A stretch of DNA of 40,000 bases from Methyloligella sp. GL2 (lineage in GTDB: Bacteria > Pseudomonadota > Alphaproteobacteria > Rhizobiales > Methyloligellaceae): positions 2,118,988 to 2,158,987 of the forward strand of contig NZ_CP054476.1 in NCBI RefSeq assembly GCF_013341275.1, in the 5' to 3' direction. Under the pieces are notes generated by a model, which did not search any database, was not told the DNA's origin, and saw only the letters and a program-made list of their open reading frames with translations. Within the stretch, counting starts at the first letter, position 1, and every line of letters starts with the position of its first letter. The position numbers were made by a program, and so were the translations under genes. Below, piece after piece: positions 32,367 through 40,000 of this stretch.

Positions 32367-32933
32367 CTATTCCACGGCGACGTAAAACGCGTCGATCTTC
32401 GCCATCAGTAAATCCCAGGCCTCGCGCTCGCGTGGGCCGGCGGTCTTCTCGATGGCGATGGTGAGATAGGCAATCTCCTGCTCCACCTTTTCGCGCGGCA
32501 GCATGGTCAGACGGCTGGCCAAAATCGCCGCTTCGATGACGGCGGATTTGGCGCGGTTCATGCCGAAGAACGGGGCGTGATTGACCACGCGCACCACGCG
32601 GCAGAAGAAGCGCGGACGAAGCTCGTCCTCCTCGATCCGCTCCACCGCAAGCTCGGCATGGGCCAACGTCTTGGCCAGGCGCGCACCGGGGATCTCTTCG
32701 GCCGGCACGGTCGGCCAGTCCTTATTGCCGGTGAGGCAGGCGGCGAAGATCAGCGCATCGTCGGTGAAATTGGCGACGGCGTAAGGCACCGCGCGGAGAT
32801 TTTCCAGCGTGGTCGAGGGGTAGAACGGCGCAATGCTCCAGCCGTCCTCCTCGGCGGTGATACCGAGCGGCGTGACATGCAGCTTCCCTTCCGCATTCAT
32901 GGTGGTGAGGATGGTCTCGCGGATCATCGGCAT
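32367..32933 (-). CDS. DUF447-family (FMN-binding split-barrel-like) protein of the H4MPT island
   Basis: 188 aa. IRETILTTMNAEGKLHVTPLGI...PFYPSTTLENL... has the pattern of the DUF447 proteins that co-occur with H4MPT genes. Separated from the upstream gene stop by 1 nt. Confidence 0.8.
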   Translation of the reverse strand: MPMIRETILTTMNAEGKLHVTPLGITAEEDGWSIAPFYPSTTLENLRAVPYAVANFTDDALIFAACLTGNKDWPTVPAEEIPGARLAKTLAHAELAVERIEEDELRPRFFCRVVRVVNHAPFFGMNRAKSAVIEAAILASRLTMLPREKVEQEIAYLTIAIEKTAGPREREAWDLLMAKIDAFYVAVE

Positions 32934-32934
32934 A

Positions 32935-34395
32935 TCAGCTCGCCGGCTCCTTGGAAGATTTGGAGGTCTTGCCGGTGCCCTTATCGGTACGCTTGGCGGT
33001 CGCCTCCTGCTTCTTGGTGATCAGGGTGTGGCCGGCCTGTTTCAGCCTTGTGCGATCTTCCTCAGGCCGCTCCACAGCAACGCCGAAGCCCAGCGGCTCG
33101 TCCTGGGCGTAGCGCTTGCCGAGACGCCAGGCGATCTCCGCCTTGGCCAGCTCAGCGGCGAGATAGAAGGCGTGGGCGCCATCGGTATCGACGCCGAGCT
33201 TCGGGAAGAGATCGAACACATCCTGGGCGACCTCGTGCATATCGCGGTTGTAGATATGCACCCCATCCTCGGCGACCTCGATACGGAAATTCTTGTCGCG
33301 CACCTCGGCGGCGATCTCGGCGATCTCCTCCGGGGTCTGCACGAAGGGGCGCCGGTCGTGCAGCCCCATCAGCCCGTCGTCGTAATCCTTGGGTAGATCG
33401 TGCTCGGCGCGGGCGGCATACATGATGCGGCGGGCGAGATCGTGCTCCTCCACGGTGCGCCGCGTATGGGGGCTGACATGCACCACCAGCACATTGCGGA
33501 TGGCGAGCTCGGCGCAAATCCCCATCAGCATGGCGGTGACGCCACCGGAATCGGCATCCGTCAGCTCGGTGAGATTGCCGGTGCCCATCAGGATCTCGCA
33601 TTCCGGATAGTCGCGGCGGGTTTGCGCATAGCGCTCCAGCGAGGTCATGAAGCCGAAATTGATCGGATCGAGCACCGGGTCCGCCATATAGGGCAGCCCC
33701 TTCTTCTCCATGGCGTCCATGGCGCGATACAGCGATTGCAGATCGCCGTGATCCTTGGGGATCAGCACCGGGACCGAGGAGACTTCGTCGGCGATATGCA
33801 GCGTCTCCTCGTTGAGACTGAGCAGGAAGTCGGCGCCGGCCTTGCCGCCGCGCAGCAGTTCTTCGGGGTTCGCCGAATCCACGCTGACCTTCATCCCTTC
33901 CGCCTGCAGCGCATGGATGGCGTCGGCGAGATGGGGAAACGGCGTATCGGGCAGGCAGCCGAGATCGATCACATCGGCCCCGCCCTTGGCGAGCGTCGTG
34001 GCCCGGCGGAGCAGCGCCTCGATGGTGAGGTCGGAGGCATCGACGATCTCGGCGAAGATTTTGAGGTCGTATTTGCTCATATCGGCCTGGCGCTTGGCAC
34101 GACCGAAATAGCTCGGCAGATCCTTCAGCTCGTCGGGCCCGCGCAGGAACGGCACGCCAAAGCGTTGGCTCAGCGCGTCGAGATCGGCGCGGCAGCGGCC
34201 GGGCACCATCACCTTGTCGGCGGTGATCGGCGTCGGCAGGCGGCGGGCGATGATCTCCTCGGTCATCAGCGCGGCGACTTTCACCCCGATATCGAACACC
34301 TCGTAGTCGAAATCGGGCTCCATGCCGGCGAGCACCGATTCCAGCCGCGGCTTGGCGATATGTCCGGTCAGGAAAAGAATGACGTCATCCACCAC
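32935..34395 (-). CDS. dihydropteroate synthase-like protein (H4MPT pterin-RFAP condensing enzyme candidate, 486 aa)
   Basis: Pterin-binding barrel motifs (GADVIDLGC, SVDSANPEEL, DPVLDPINFGF, LMGTGNLTE). Extra N- and C-terminal domains and a Lys-rich tail. Confidence 0.85.
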   Translation of the reverse strand: MVDDVILFLTGHIAKPRLESVLAGMEPDFDYEVFDIGVKVAALMTEEIIARRLPTPITADKVMVPGRCRADLDALSQRFGVPFLRGPDELKDLPSYFGRAKRQADMSKYDLKIFAEIVDASDLTIEALLRRATTLAKGGADVIDLGCLPDTPFPHLADAIHALQAEGMKVSVDSANPEELLRGGKAGADFLLSLNEETLHIADEVSSVPVLIPKDHGDLQSLYRAMDAMEKKGLPYMADPVLDPINFGFMTSLERYAQTRRDYPECEILMGTGNLTELTDADSGGVTAMLMGICAELAIRNVLVVHVSPHTRRTVEEHDLARRIMYAARAEHDLPKDYDDGLMGLHDRRPFVQTPEEIAEIAAEVRDKNFRIEVAEDGVHIYNRDMHEVAQDVFDLFPKLGVDTDGAHAFYLAAELAKAEIAWRLGKRYAQDEPLGFGVAVERPEEDRTRLKQAGHTLITKKQEATAKRTDKGTGKTSKSSKEPAS

Positions 34396-34458
34396 GTAAA
34401 AGGCACCAGTTCCGCCTTGCGGGAGGTTTTACCCCGCAACAGGCCGGTGCGCGAAGGT

Positions 34459-35130
34459 TTAGGCCGCGATCCGCGTGCCGCAGGTCGCCGAACGGGCAAG
34501 CGCGGCGCCAAAGACGGCCCGGTCCTCGGGACCGAGCAGATAGGCCGGCACCGCCGTGCCGCCCAGCATCTCCGGGAAGGCCTCGTCGACCACGCCATCC
34601 GCCGCCAGCATCGCAGCGCTCACCGCACTGCCGGTCCGCGGCACTTGCTTGATCATATAGCAGCACTCAGCGCCGAGCTGGCCAGCAAGCCACAGCGCCA
34701 GGCTGTCGGAAGTGATGGCCCAGGAGGGGGCGATATCGCTGCGCTTGCCGATATGGGCAAACGGCGCCCAGACGGCGATGCGGTTTTGGCCCAAGCTCTG
34801 CAGCAAGGCCTGCTCGCTGTCGCCGACCTCGAAATCGGGACGCAGCCCCGCCACCGCCCAGGCAAGCTGATCCATGGCCAGAAGCGCCATGCGATGGGCG
34901 GCGAGATCGTCGAAGCCGAGCGAGGTTTGGCAGTCGCGCACTTCGTCGGCAAGTGCCCCACCCCCCGGCACCACCACGATGGGGCGCGCGGCGGTGGCGA
35001 CGGCATTCAGCCAGTCTTGCAAGTAAGGCGAGCGGACGACGCTACCGCCAAGCTTGACGACCACCGGGCGGATCATCTCGCCGCCATCGGGCGCGATCGC
35101 GTCCTGCCGCTTGAGGCCGGTTTCTGCCAT
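34459..35130 (-). CDS. amino-acid-kinase-family protein (MfnE-like candidate, 223 aa)
   Basis: VVVKLGGSV, VVVPGGGALADEVR and ITSDSLALWLA are Asp/Glu/uridylate kinase fold motifs. The ATG at 35130 shares one base with the upstream TGA. Confidence 0.78.
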   Translation of the reverse strand: MAETGLKRQDAIAPDGGEMIRPVVVKLGGSVVRSPYLQDWLNAVATAARPIVVVPGGGALADEVRDCQTSLGFDDLAAHRMALLAMDQLAWAVAGLRPDFEVGDSEQALLQSLGQNRIAVWAPFAHIGKRSDIAPSWAITSDSLALWLAGQLGAECCYMIKQVPRTGSAVSAAMLAADGVVDEAFPEMLGGTAVPAYLLGPEDRAVFGAALARSATCGTRIAA

Positions 35131-35567
35131 CAGCTGCCGACCCGCTGGCGTACGATCTCCACGCCCACGGATCCCGGCGCCTTGTCCAGCTTCTCCACCT
35201 TCACCTTCACCAGATGCGCGCGCGGATGGGCCAGGCAATGAGCGGCGATCTCCTCGGCGATGGTCTCGGTGAGATTGATATGGCCGTTCAGCGCCACATC
35301 GCGCACGCCGTTTATGATCACGTCGTAATCGAAGGTATGGGCGATATCGTCGTTCAGCGCCTCGTCGGTGGCATCGATCTCGACATCCACCGAGATGCGC
35401 ACCCGCTGGGTGACGCCCTTCTCGTTGGTATAGACGCCGATCTCGCAATCCAGCACGTAGTCGCGCACGAAGATGACGTCGCGCCGCGGCGCCTCGACGC
35501 CCGCGCTGCCGCCTGCATTCTCCTGCTTGCCCTTGCGGGGCATCGTCTTATCGGCAACGTCGTTCAT
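35130..35567 (-). CDS. folB: dihydroneopterin aldolase (FolB family)
   Basis: DVIFVRDYVLDCEIGVYTNEKGVTQRVRISVDV...DYDVI...LTETIAEEIAAHCL...VKVKVEKL is the FolB pattern, with a basic N-terminal extension. Confidence 0.78.
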   Translation of the reverse strand: MNDVADKTMPRKGKQENAGGSAGVEAPRRDVIFVRDYVLDCEIGVYTNEKGVTQRVRISVDVEIDATDEALNDDIAHTFDYDVIINGVRDVALNGHINLTETIAEEIAAHCLAHPRAHLVKVKVEKLDKAPGSVGVEIVRQRVGS

Positions 35568-35635
35568 TCAACCGCACTCACTACGCACAACAGCTGCATT
35601 CAAAACATTCGCTCCTAATGAAAAGCGCCTTCTCT

Positions 35636-36373
35636 CTAGCATATCGGGGCCGCCCCGCCGTCCGGCAATGGCGATTGGGTTAGCGGTTCCTGCCGCACCT
35701 CTTGCGGGATCAGCGCGCGGATCTTGGCGCAGCGCGCCGCATCCATCGCATTGTTTCGGGTTTCGCCATCGCAAAGTGCGCCGCGGAAGCCGAGGAGATC
35801 GGGCTGCAGCGGCAAGAGATATTGCAGATGGTGCGGTTTCAGCGACCCGGCAAGACCAGCCATCACCCCCTCCTGCTGCACCGTCTCAACGAAGCGGCGG
35901 AGCGATGCAAGATGCAGGTGGTCGAGCAGCGAGCCGTGCCCCTTTCGCCGCGTATCCAGCATCACGCCGGCCACGCCGATATTCTTCAGGATCGGCAGAT
36001 ATTCGAATTTGGGAAGATCGTCGGCGAACAGCACAGCGACGAGCCCCGCCCCGCCCGCAGGCGGCACGAGCGCGCCGAGACATGCTTCCGCTCCGGGGCC
36101 CGGGAAGACGCCGAACTTGACGTAATCGGCGCCGGTCTTCGCCGTCGTCTCGATTGCCGCCTGCACGCTCTCAGGCACCATAGGGAGATCGCCGATGGTG
36201 GCGCTGACCTTGGCCCGGCCGCCGATCTGCGCGACCACCACCGCGGCAGTTTTCGGGGAAACGGCACCAAGCGCCCCCCCGTCCGGCTCCTTCAGATCGA
36301 TGATATCGGCGCCCGCCTGAAGAGCGGTTTCGGCCTCATCGGCGTTGCGCACGCTGGCAAGAAATTTCGTCAT
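35636..36373 (-). CDS. mfnB: (5-formylfuran-3-yl)methyl phosphate synthase (MfnB/DUF556-like, methanofuran/methylofuran biosynthesis)
   Basis: MTKFLASVRNADEAETALQAGADIIDLKEPDGGALGA...ATIGD...GADYVKFG...MLDT is the MfnB/DUF556 aldolase-barrel pattern. ATG at 36373 chosen inside track ORF 35636-36466. Confidence 0.78.
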   Translation of the reverse strand: MTKFLASVRNADEAETALQAGADIIDLKEPDGGALGAVSPKTAAVVVAQIGGRAKVSATIGDLPMVPESVQAAIETTAKTGADYVKFGVFPGPGAEACLGALVPPAGGAGLVAVLFADDLPKFEYLPILKNIGVAGVMLDTRRKGHGSLLDHLHLASLRRFVETVQQEGVMAGLAGSLKPHHLQYLLPLQPDLLGFRGALCDGETRNNAMDAARCAKIRALIPQEVRQEPLTQSPLPDGGAAPIC

Positions 36374-36450
36374 CGATGTCTGAATCTCAAAAAGCTGATC
36401 AATTGGGACGGACAGTATGCCAGACCGGCATCGCTTGCCAGACGGTGCGG

Positions 36451-38127
36451 CTAGCGAAGCAGCCAATCGAACAAGCCGCCACCTCCGCCGCTCCGGCGCC
36501 GCCGCTGTCGCGGGCGTTCATACTCGCGCGCGGTTTGCGACACCGCCGGGCGCGGGCGCCGAAGCTGAACTTCGTTGGTATTGCCTGCCGGATCGGTCAC
36601 CGCCACCGAATACGGCGCCCAAGTCCAATCGGCACTGTTGGAGCCCCAACTATAGGGCTCTACCGCCACCACCTTCTTGGCCCAAAGATCGACGATGGCG
36701 ACATAGACCAGGTCGCTGTCGCTGCCACTTGAGAAGCTGCCGGCATAGTAGCGCAACAGGCCGATGCCCTTCAGGCCGCTTTCCAGAAGCGACCATTGCA
36801 GGATCTTCGGCTTGCCCGATCCGAACATCTCGATCTCGGCGCGAACCGCCGGATACTCGTCGTTCACCGCCACGTAGCGGCTCGGCTCCAGCTCCTTGAT
36901 CACCCAGCCGGAGACCGGCGGTCCCAGCGGGGTGCCTTCGGCGGGCGGCACCTCCTGATCCATAGCCAGCAGCGCCTCGCGGGCATCCTCGTCGAAAGGA
37001 TCGTGCTTTAGAGCGGCACGGTAGGCGTCGATGGCATCGTTGTCGCGCTCCAGCGCCCGGTAGACATCGCCGCGCATCCGGGAGGCGAAGGCATCGTCGG
37101 GCGCCAGCGAGACGGCTTCCAGCGCGTCGGTCAGGGCTTGGTTAGGGCGCTCTGCCTTCAGCTTCGCTTCGGCCCGCAAGGCATAGGCCTCCGCCGTCGG
37201 CGCAAGGGCGATGGCGTGGGTCAGATCCTCGATCGCGTCTTCTTCCTTGCGGTAACTGGCGGTGCGCACCTTGCCGCGCTCCATATAGGCGGCGACCCGG
37301 TCGGGCTCCAGTTCGATGAGCTTGTCGAGATCGGTCTCGGCTGCGCGGTAATTGTTGGCCCCGTTATAGGCCTTGGCCCGGGAAAGCAGCAGATCGGGAT
37401 TGTCCGGCTTGATGCTGAGGCTTTGGCTGAAGTCGGCCGCCGCTTCCTTGTATTTGCCGATAGCGAGGTAAGCCTCGCCCCGGTTGGTGTAGCAAGGCGC
37501 ACAGCGCGGATCGAGCTGCAGCGCCCGGCTATAGTCGCGGATACCCGCATGATAGCGCTTCAGCTCGGCATGGGATTTGCCGCGGCCGTTCAGCACCACG
37601 GCGCTGTTCGGCATCAGCTCGACGGCCTTGCGGAAGTCCTGGAAGGCAGCATCGTGCTCGCCGAGCGCCTCATGGGCATTGCCGCGATTGTTATAGGCGA
37701 CGCCGTAATTGGGCGAGAGCGCGATGGCGCGGTCGAAATCCTTCACCGCCTCTTCCGGATGGCCGAGATCGAGCAGCGCATTGCCGCGATTGTTGTAGAC
37801 GGTGGCGTTTTCCGGCGAGATGGCGATGGATTGGTTGAAATCGTCGATCGCCTCCTTGGTCCGCTTCAGGCGCCATTTGGCGATGCCGCGGTCGCTATAG
37901 ATGCTGGCCTTCACGAAGTCGGCGATCTCCGGCTCGCTCAAGGCCCGGTCGAGGATTCCGATCGCCTTCTCATACTGGCCGCGCAGCAGCGCCGCGGCAC
38001 CCTCGCGCGCCCGCAGCAAGGTGACGTCCTCCTTGGCTACGGCTTGCGGCACAGGACAAAGCGCCAGAGCCAGAAGGCCGGCGAGGCAAGCGGTGCCAAG
38101 GGCTTTGCAGGTCAGTCCGCGGAGCAT
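36451..38127 (-). CDS. secreted TPR-repeat protein with unknown C-terminal domain (558 aa)
   Basis: Signal peptide, then at least 8 TPR units (YNNRGNALLDLGHPEEAVKDFDRAIALSPNY and similar). About 150 aa of non-TPR C-terminus ending in an Arg/Gly-rich tail. Confidence 0.85.
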   Translation of the reverse strand: MLRGLTCKALGTACLAGLLALALCPVPQAVAKEDVTLLRAREGAAALLRGQYEKAIGILDRALSEPEIADFVKASIYSDRGIAKWRLKRTKEAIDDFNQSIAISPENATVYNNRGNALLDLGHPEEAVKDFDRAIALSPNYGVAYNNRGNAHEALGEHDAAFQDFRKAVELMPNSAVVLNGRGKSHAELKRYHAGIRDYSRALQLDPRCAPCYTNRGEAYLAIGKYKEAAADFSQSLSIKPDNPDLLLSRAKAYNGANNYRAAETDLDKLIELEPDRVAAYMERGKVRTASYRKEEDAIEDLTHAIALAPTAEAYALRAEAKLKAERPNQALTDALEAVSLAPDDAFASRMRGDVYRALERDNDAIDAYRAALKHDPFDEDAREALLAMDQEVPPAEGTPLGPPVSGWVIKELEPSRYVAVNDEYPAVRAEIEMFGSGKPKILQWSLLESGLKGIGLLRYYAGSFSSGSDSDLVYVAIVDLWAKKVVAVEPYSWGSNSADWTWAPYSVAVTDPAGNTNEVQLRRPRPAVSQTAREYERPRQRRRRSGGGGGLFDWLLR

Positions 38128-38193
38128 GGCCTTAATCCGAATGCACCACCCCCTATCGGCGGCGCCTCTCCTCCCGTGATCGATCGCAGCTTG

Positions 38194-39690
38194 CTAGACA
38201 AGCTGCTGCAGCTCGCGAAGCACTTTCGGAATCATCTCTGGCACGTCTTCGGAGATCAAGCCAGGACCAAACGCTTCGGCCGCCGCGCCGTGGAACCAGA
38301 CCGCCGCGCAGGCCGCCTCGAAACCGGACATATGCTGGGCCAGCAATCCGCCGATCATGCCGGAGAGCACGTCGCCCGTGCCGGCGGTGGCGAGCCAGGG
38401 CGAGGATGTGGCGTTGACCGCCGCCCGGCCGTCCGGCGCCGCAATCACCGTATCGGAGCCTTTCAGAACGACGATGGCGCCGGAGAGGCTGGCCGCCTGG
38501 CGCGCCCGCTCCAGCTTGGAGACCTCCGGCTCAGTCTTCTCGCCGGCGATATCGGGGAACAGCCGGGCGAACTCGCCCTCATGCGGGGTAAGCACCACGG
38601 GCGCCTCGCGGCCCTTGATCTCGCCAAACAGCGTTTCCGGCACCTCGGCGAAGGAGGAGATGCCGTCGGCATCGATCACCACGGCGGCCGGGCTGGCGAG
38701 CGACGCTGCCACCAGATTGCGGGTGCGCCGTCCGACGCCAAGGCCCGGGCCGAGCACCACGGTATTCTTGCGGGTATCGGCCAGAAGCTCGGCCAACTCG
38801 TCGGCGGTATCGGCGGGCCGCACCATGATGGCGGTGAGCTGGGCGGCATTCACGGGAAGCGCATCGCGGGGCGAGGCGACCGTCACCAGCCCTACCCCGA
38901 TGCGAAGCCCGCCGCGGGCGGCGAGCCGCGCCGCGCCGGTAGCGTCTTCCCGGCCGGAGACCACGAGAAGATGACCGCGGGAATATTTGTGACCGTCGGG
39001 CTGGGGCCAGGGAAACGCGTCGAGCCAAAGCGCCGGCTCATCGAGAAAGGCGTCCGGGTCGATGGTCTGCAGCACATCGCCATCAATGCCGATCTGCGCC
39101 AGGGTAACGTCGCCACAGCAAAGCCGGCCCGGCAACAGCACATGGCCGGGCTTGAGCCGGAAGAAGGTCACGCTGGCGATCGCCTGAACCGCGATCCCCC
39201 GCACCTTGCCGGTGCTGCCGTCAATGCCGCTCGGCACGTCGATGGCGATCACCGGCAGTCTGCTGGCATTGACCGCCGCGACCAACTCGGCCAGCGCGCC
39301 TTCGATCGGCCGGGCGAGCCCTGCCCCGAAAATACCGTCGATTAGGATTTCGGCGCCGTCCAGGAGATCGGCCGAAAGCGGCTCGATCGTGCCCTCCCAG
39401 GCTTTCGCATTGGCCGCCGCGTCCGCCGGCAACTTGCCGGCATCGCCCAGCAGCCCCACGCGCACGGTATAGCCCTGACCGGCCAGAAGCCTGGCGGCGA
39501 CAAAGCCGTCCCCGCCATTATTGCCCGGCCCGCACAAGATGCTGACCTTGACGGCGTCGGGAAACCGCTCGGCGACTTCGGTCGCGATGGCGTCGCCCGC
39601 CCGCTCCATCAGCGACAAGCCCGGCGTGCCGGCTTCGATGGTCAACCGGTCCGCATTGCCCATCTCGGCGGAGGTCAGGAGTTCCAGCAT
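38194..39690 (-). CDS. nnr: bifunctional NAD(P)H-hydrate repair enzyme (epimerase / ADP-dependent dehydratase)
   Basis: YjeF-N motif CGPGNNGGDGFVAARLL and a C-terminal carbohydrate-kinase domain (KYSRGHLLVVSG...LATAGTGDVLSG). Confidence 0.9.
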   Translation of the reverse strand: MLELLTSAEMGNADRLTIEAGTPGLSLMERAGDAIATEVAERFPDAVKVSILCGPGNNGGDGFVAARLLAGQGYTVRVGLLGDAGKLPADAAANAKAWEGTIEPLSADLLDGAEILIDGIFGAGLARPIEGALAELVAAVNASRLPVIAIDVPSGIDGSTGKVRGIAVQAIASVTFFRLKPGHVLLPGRLCCGDVTLAQIGIDGDVLQTIDPDAFLDEPALWLDAFPWPQPDGHKYSRGHLLVVSGREDATGAARLAARGGLRIGVGLVTVASPRDALPVNAAQLTAIMVRPADTADELAELLADTRKNTVVLGPGLGVGRRTRNLVAASLASPAAVVIDADGISSFAEVPETLFGEIKGREAPVVLTPHEGEFARLFPDIAGEKTEPEVSKLERARQAASLSGAIVVLKGSDTVIAAPDGRAAVNATSSPWLATAGTGDVLSGMIGGLLAQHMSGFEAACAAVWFHGAAAEAFGPGLISEDVPEMIPKVLRELQQLV

Positions 39691-39798
39691 AATTTTCCGT
39701 CTCCGTTGTGATTAGTTCTTAAGCAGTTTGATGTTTTCATGTGCAGTCCGCCCACTTGACTCCGCCAAAAATTTGGGCGGTTTTAGCTACCCCTTTGA

Positions 39799-40000
<202 letters not shown>

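Noticed and set aside
33400-35241. 613-aa plus-strand ORF opposite the DHPS-like and kinase-like genes
   Set aside because: Shadow ORF with no domains. It crosses two well-supported minus-strand genes.
37138-39345. 735-aa plus-strand ORF opposite the TPR and nnr genes
   Set aside because: Shadow ORF spanning two unrelated, well-supported minus-strand genes and their intergenic gap.

Overview
High-GC, densely coding chromosomal segment that looks like an alphaproteobacterial (Rhizobiales-type) methylotroph or methanotroph. I saw no rRNA, tRNA, CRISPR array, IS element or integrase.

Layout, left to right:
1. 23-3423: a TonB-dependent receptor translationally coupled to a secreted unknown protein. 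It is divergent from a short ModE-N-terminal-like regulator, and a 24-bp Mo-box-like palindrome lies between them.
2. 3672-7220: a four-gene, translationally coupled membrane 'sulfation' module. It encodes an arylsulfotransferase-family propeller, two unknown membrane proteins and a PAPS-type sulfotransferase.
3. 7250-9599: a Tat-signal MsrB, a YegS-type lipid kinase, a glycine-zipper protein and a DUF3597 protein.
4. 9800-15816: a complete general stress response (GSR) locus. It holds an HWE/HisKA2 kinase, phyR, nepR-ecfG, csbD, DUF3309 and UPF0391. Several of these small genes are shorter than the ORF-track cutoff. The locus carries several GGAAC-N16/17-CGTT EcfG-type promoter boxes.
5. 15854-36373: a large tetrahydromethanopterin (H4MPT) / methylofuran C1 island. 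It contains a pabB-pabC fusion, fhcBADC, mptG, mtdB, mch and fae. It also contains at least 10 cofactor-biosynthesis-type genes: two ATP-grasp ligases, and CitG-like, HisA/F-like, hydantoinase-like, DUF447, DHPS-like, amino-acid-kinase-like, FolB-like and MfnB-like genes.
6. 36451-40000: a secreted TPR protein, nnr, and the 5' end of glnB behind a sigma-54-like box.

Most interesting candidates:
- An EcfG-box-driven, C-rich, terminator-bounded transcript of about 95 nt (11603-11730) that looks like a GsrN-type stress sRNA.
- The Mo-box controlling an outer-membrane TonB-dependent transporter.
- The uncharacterised sulfation operon.
- The biochemically unassigned members of the H4MPT/methylofuran island.

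All functional calls rest on motif and family recognition by eye. No database search was run.
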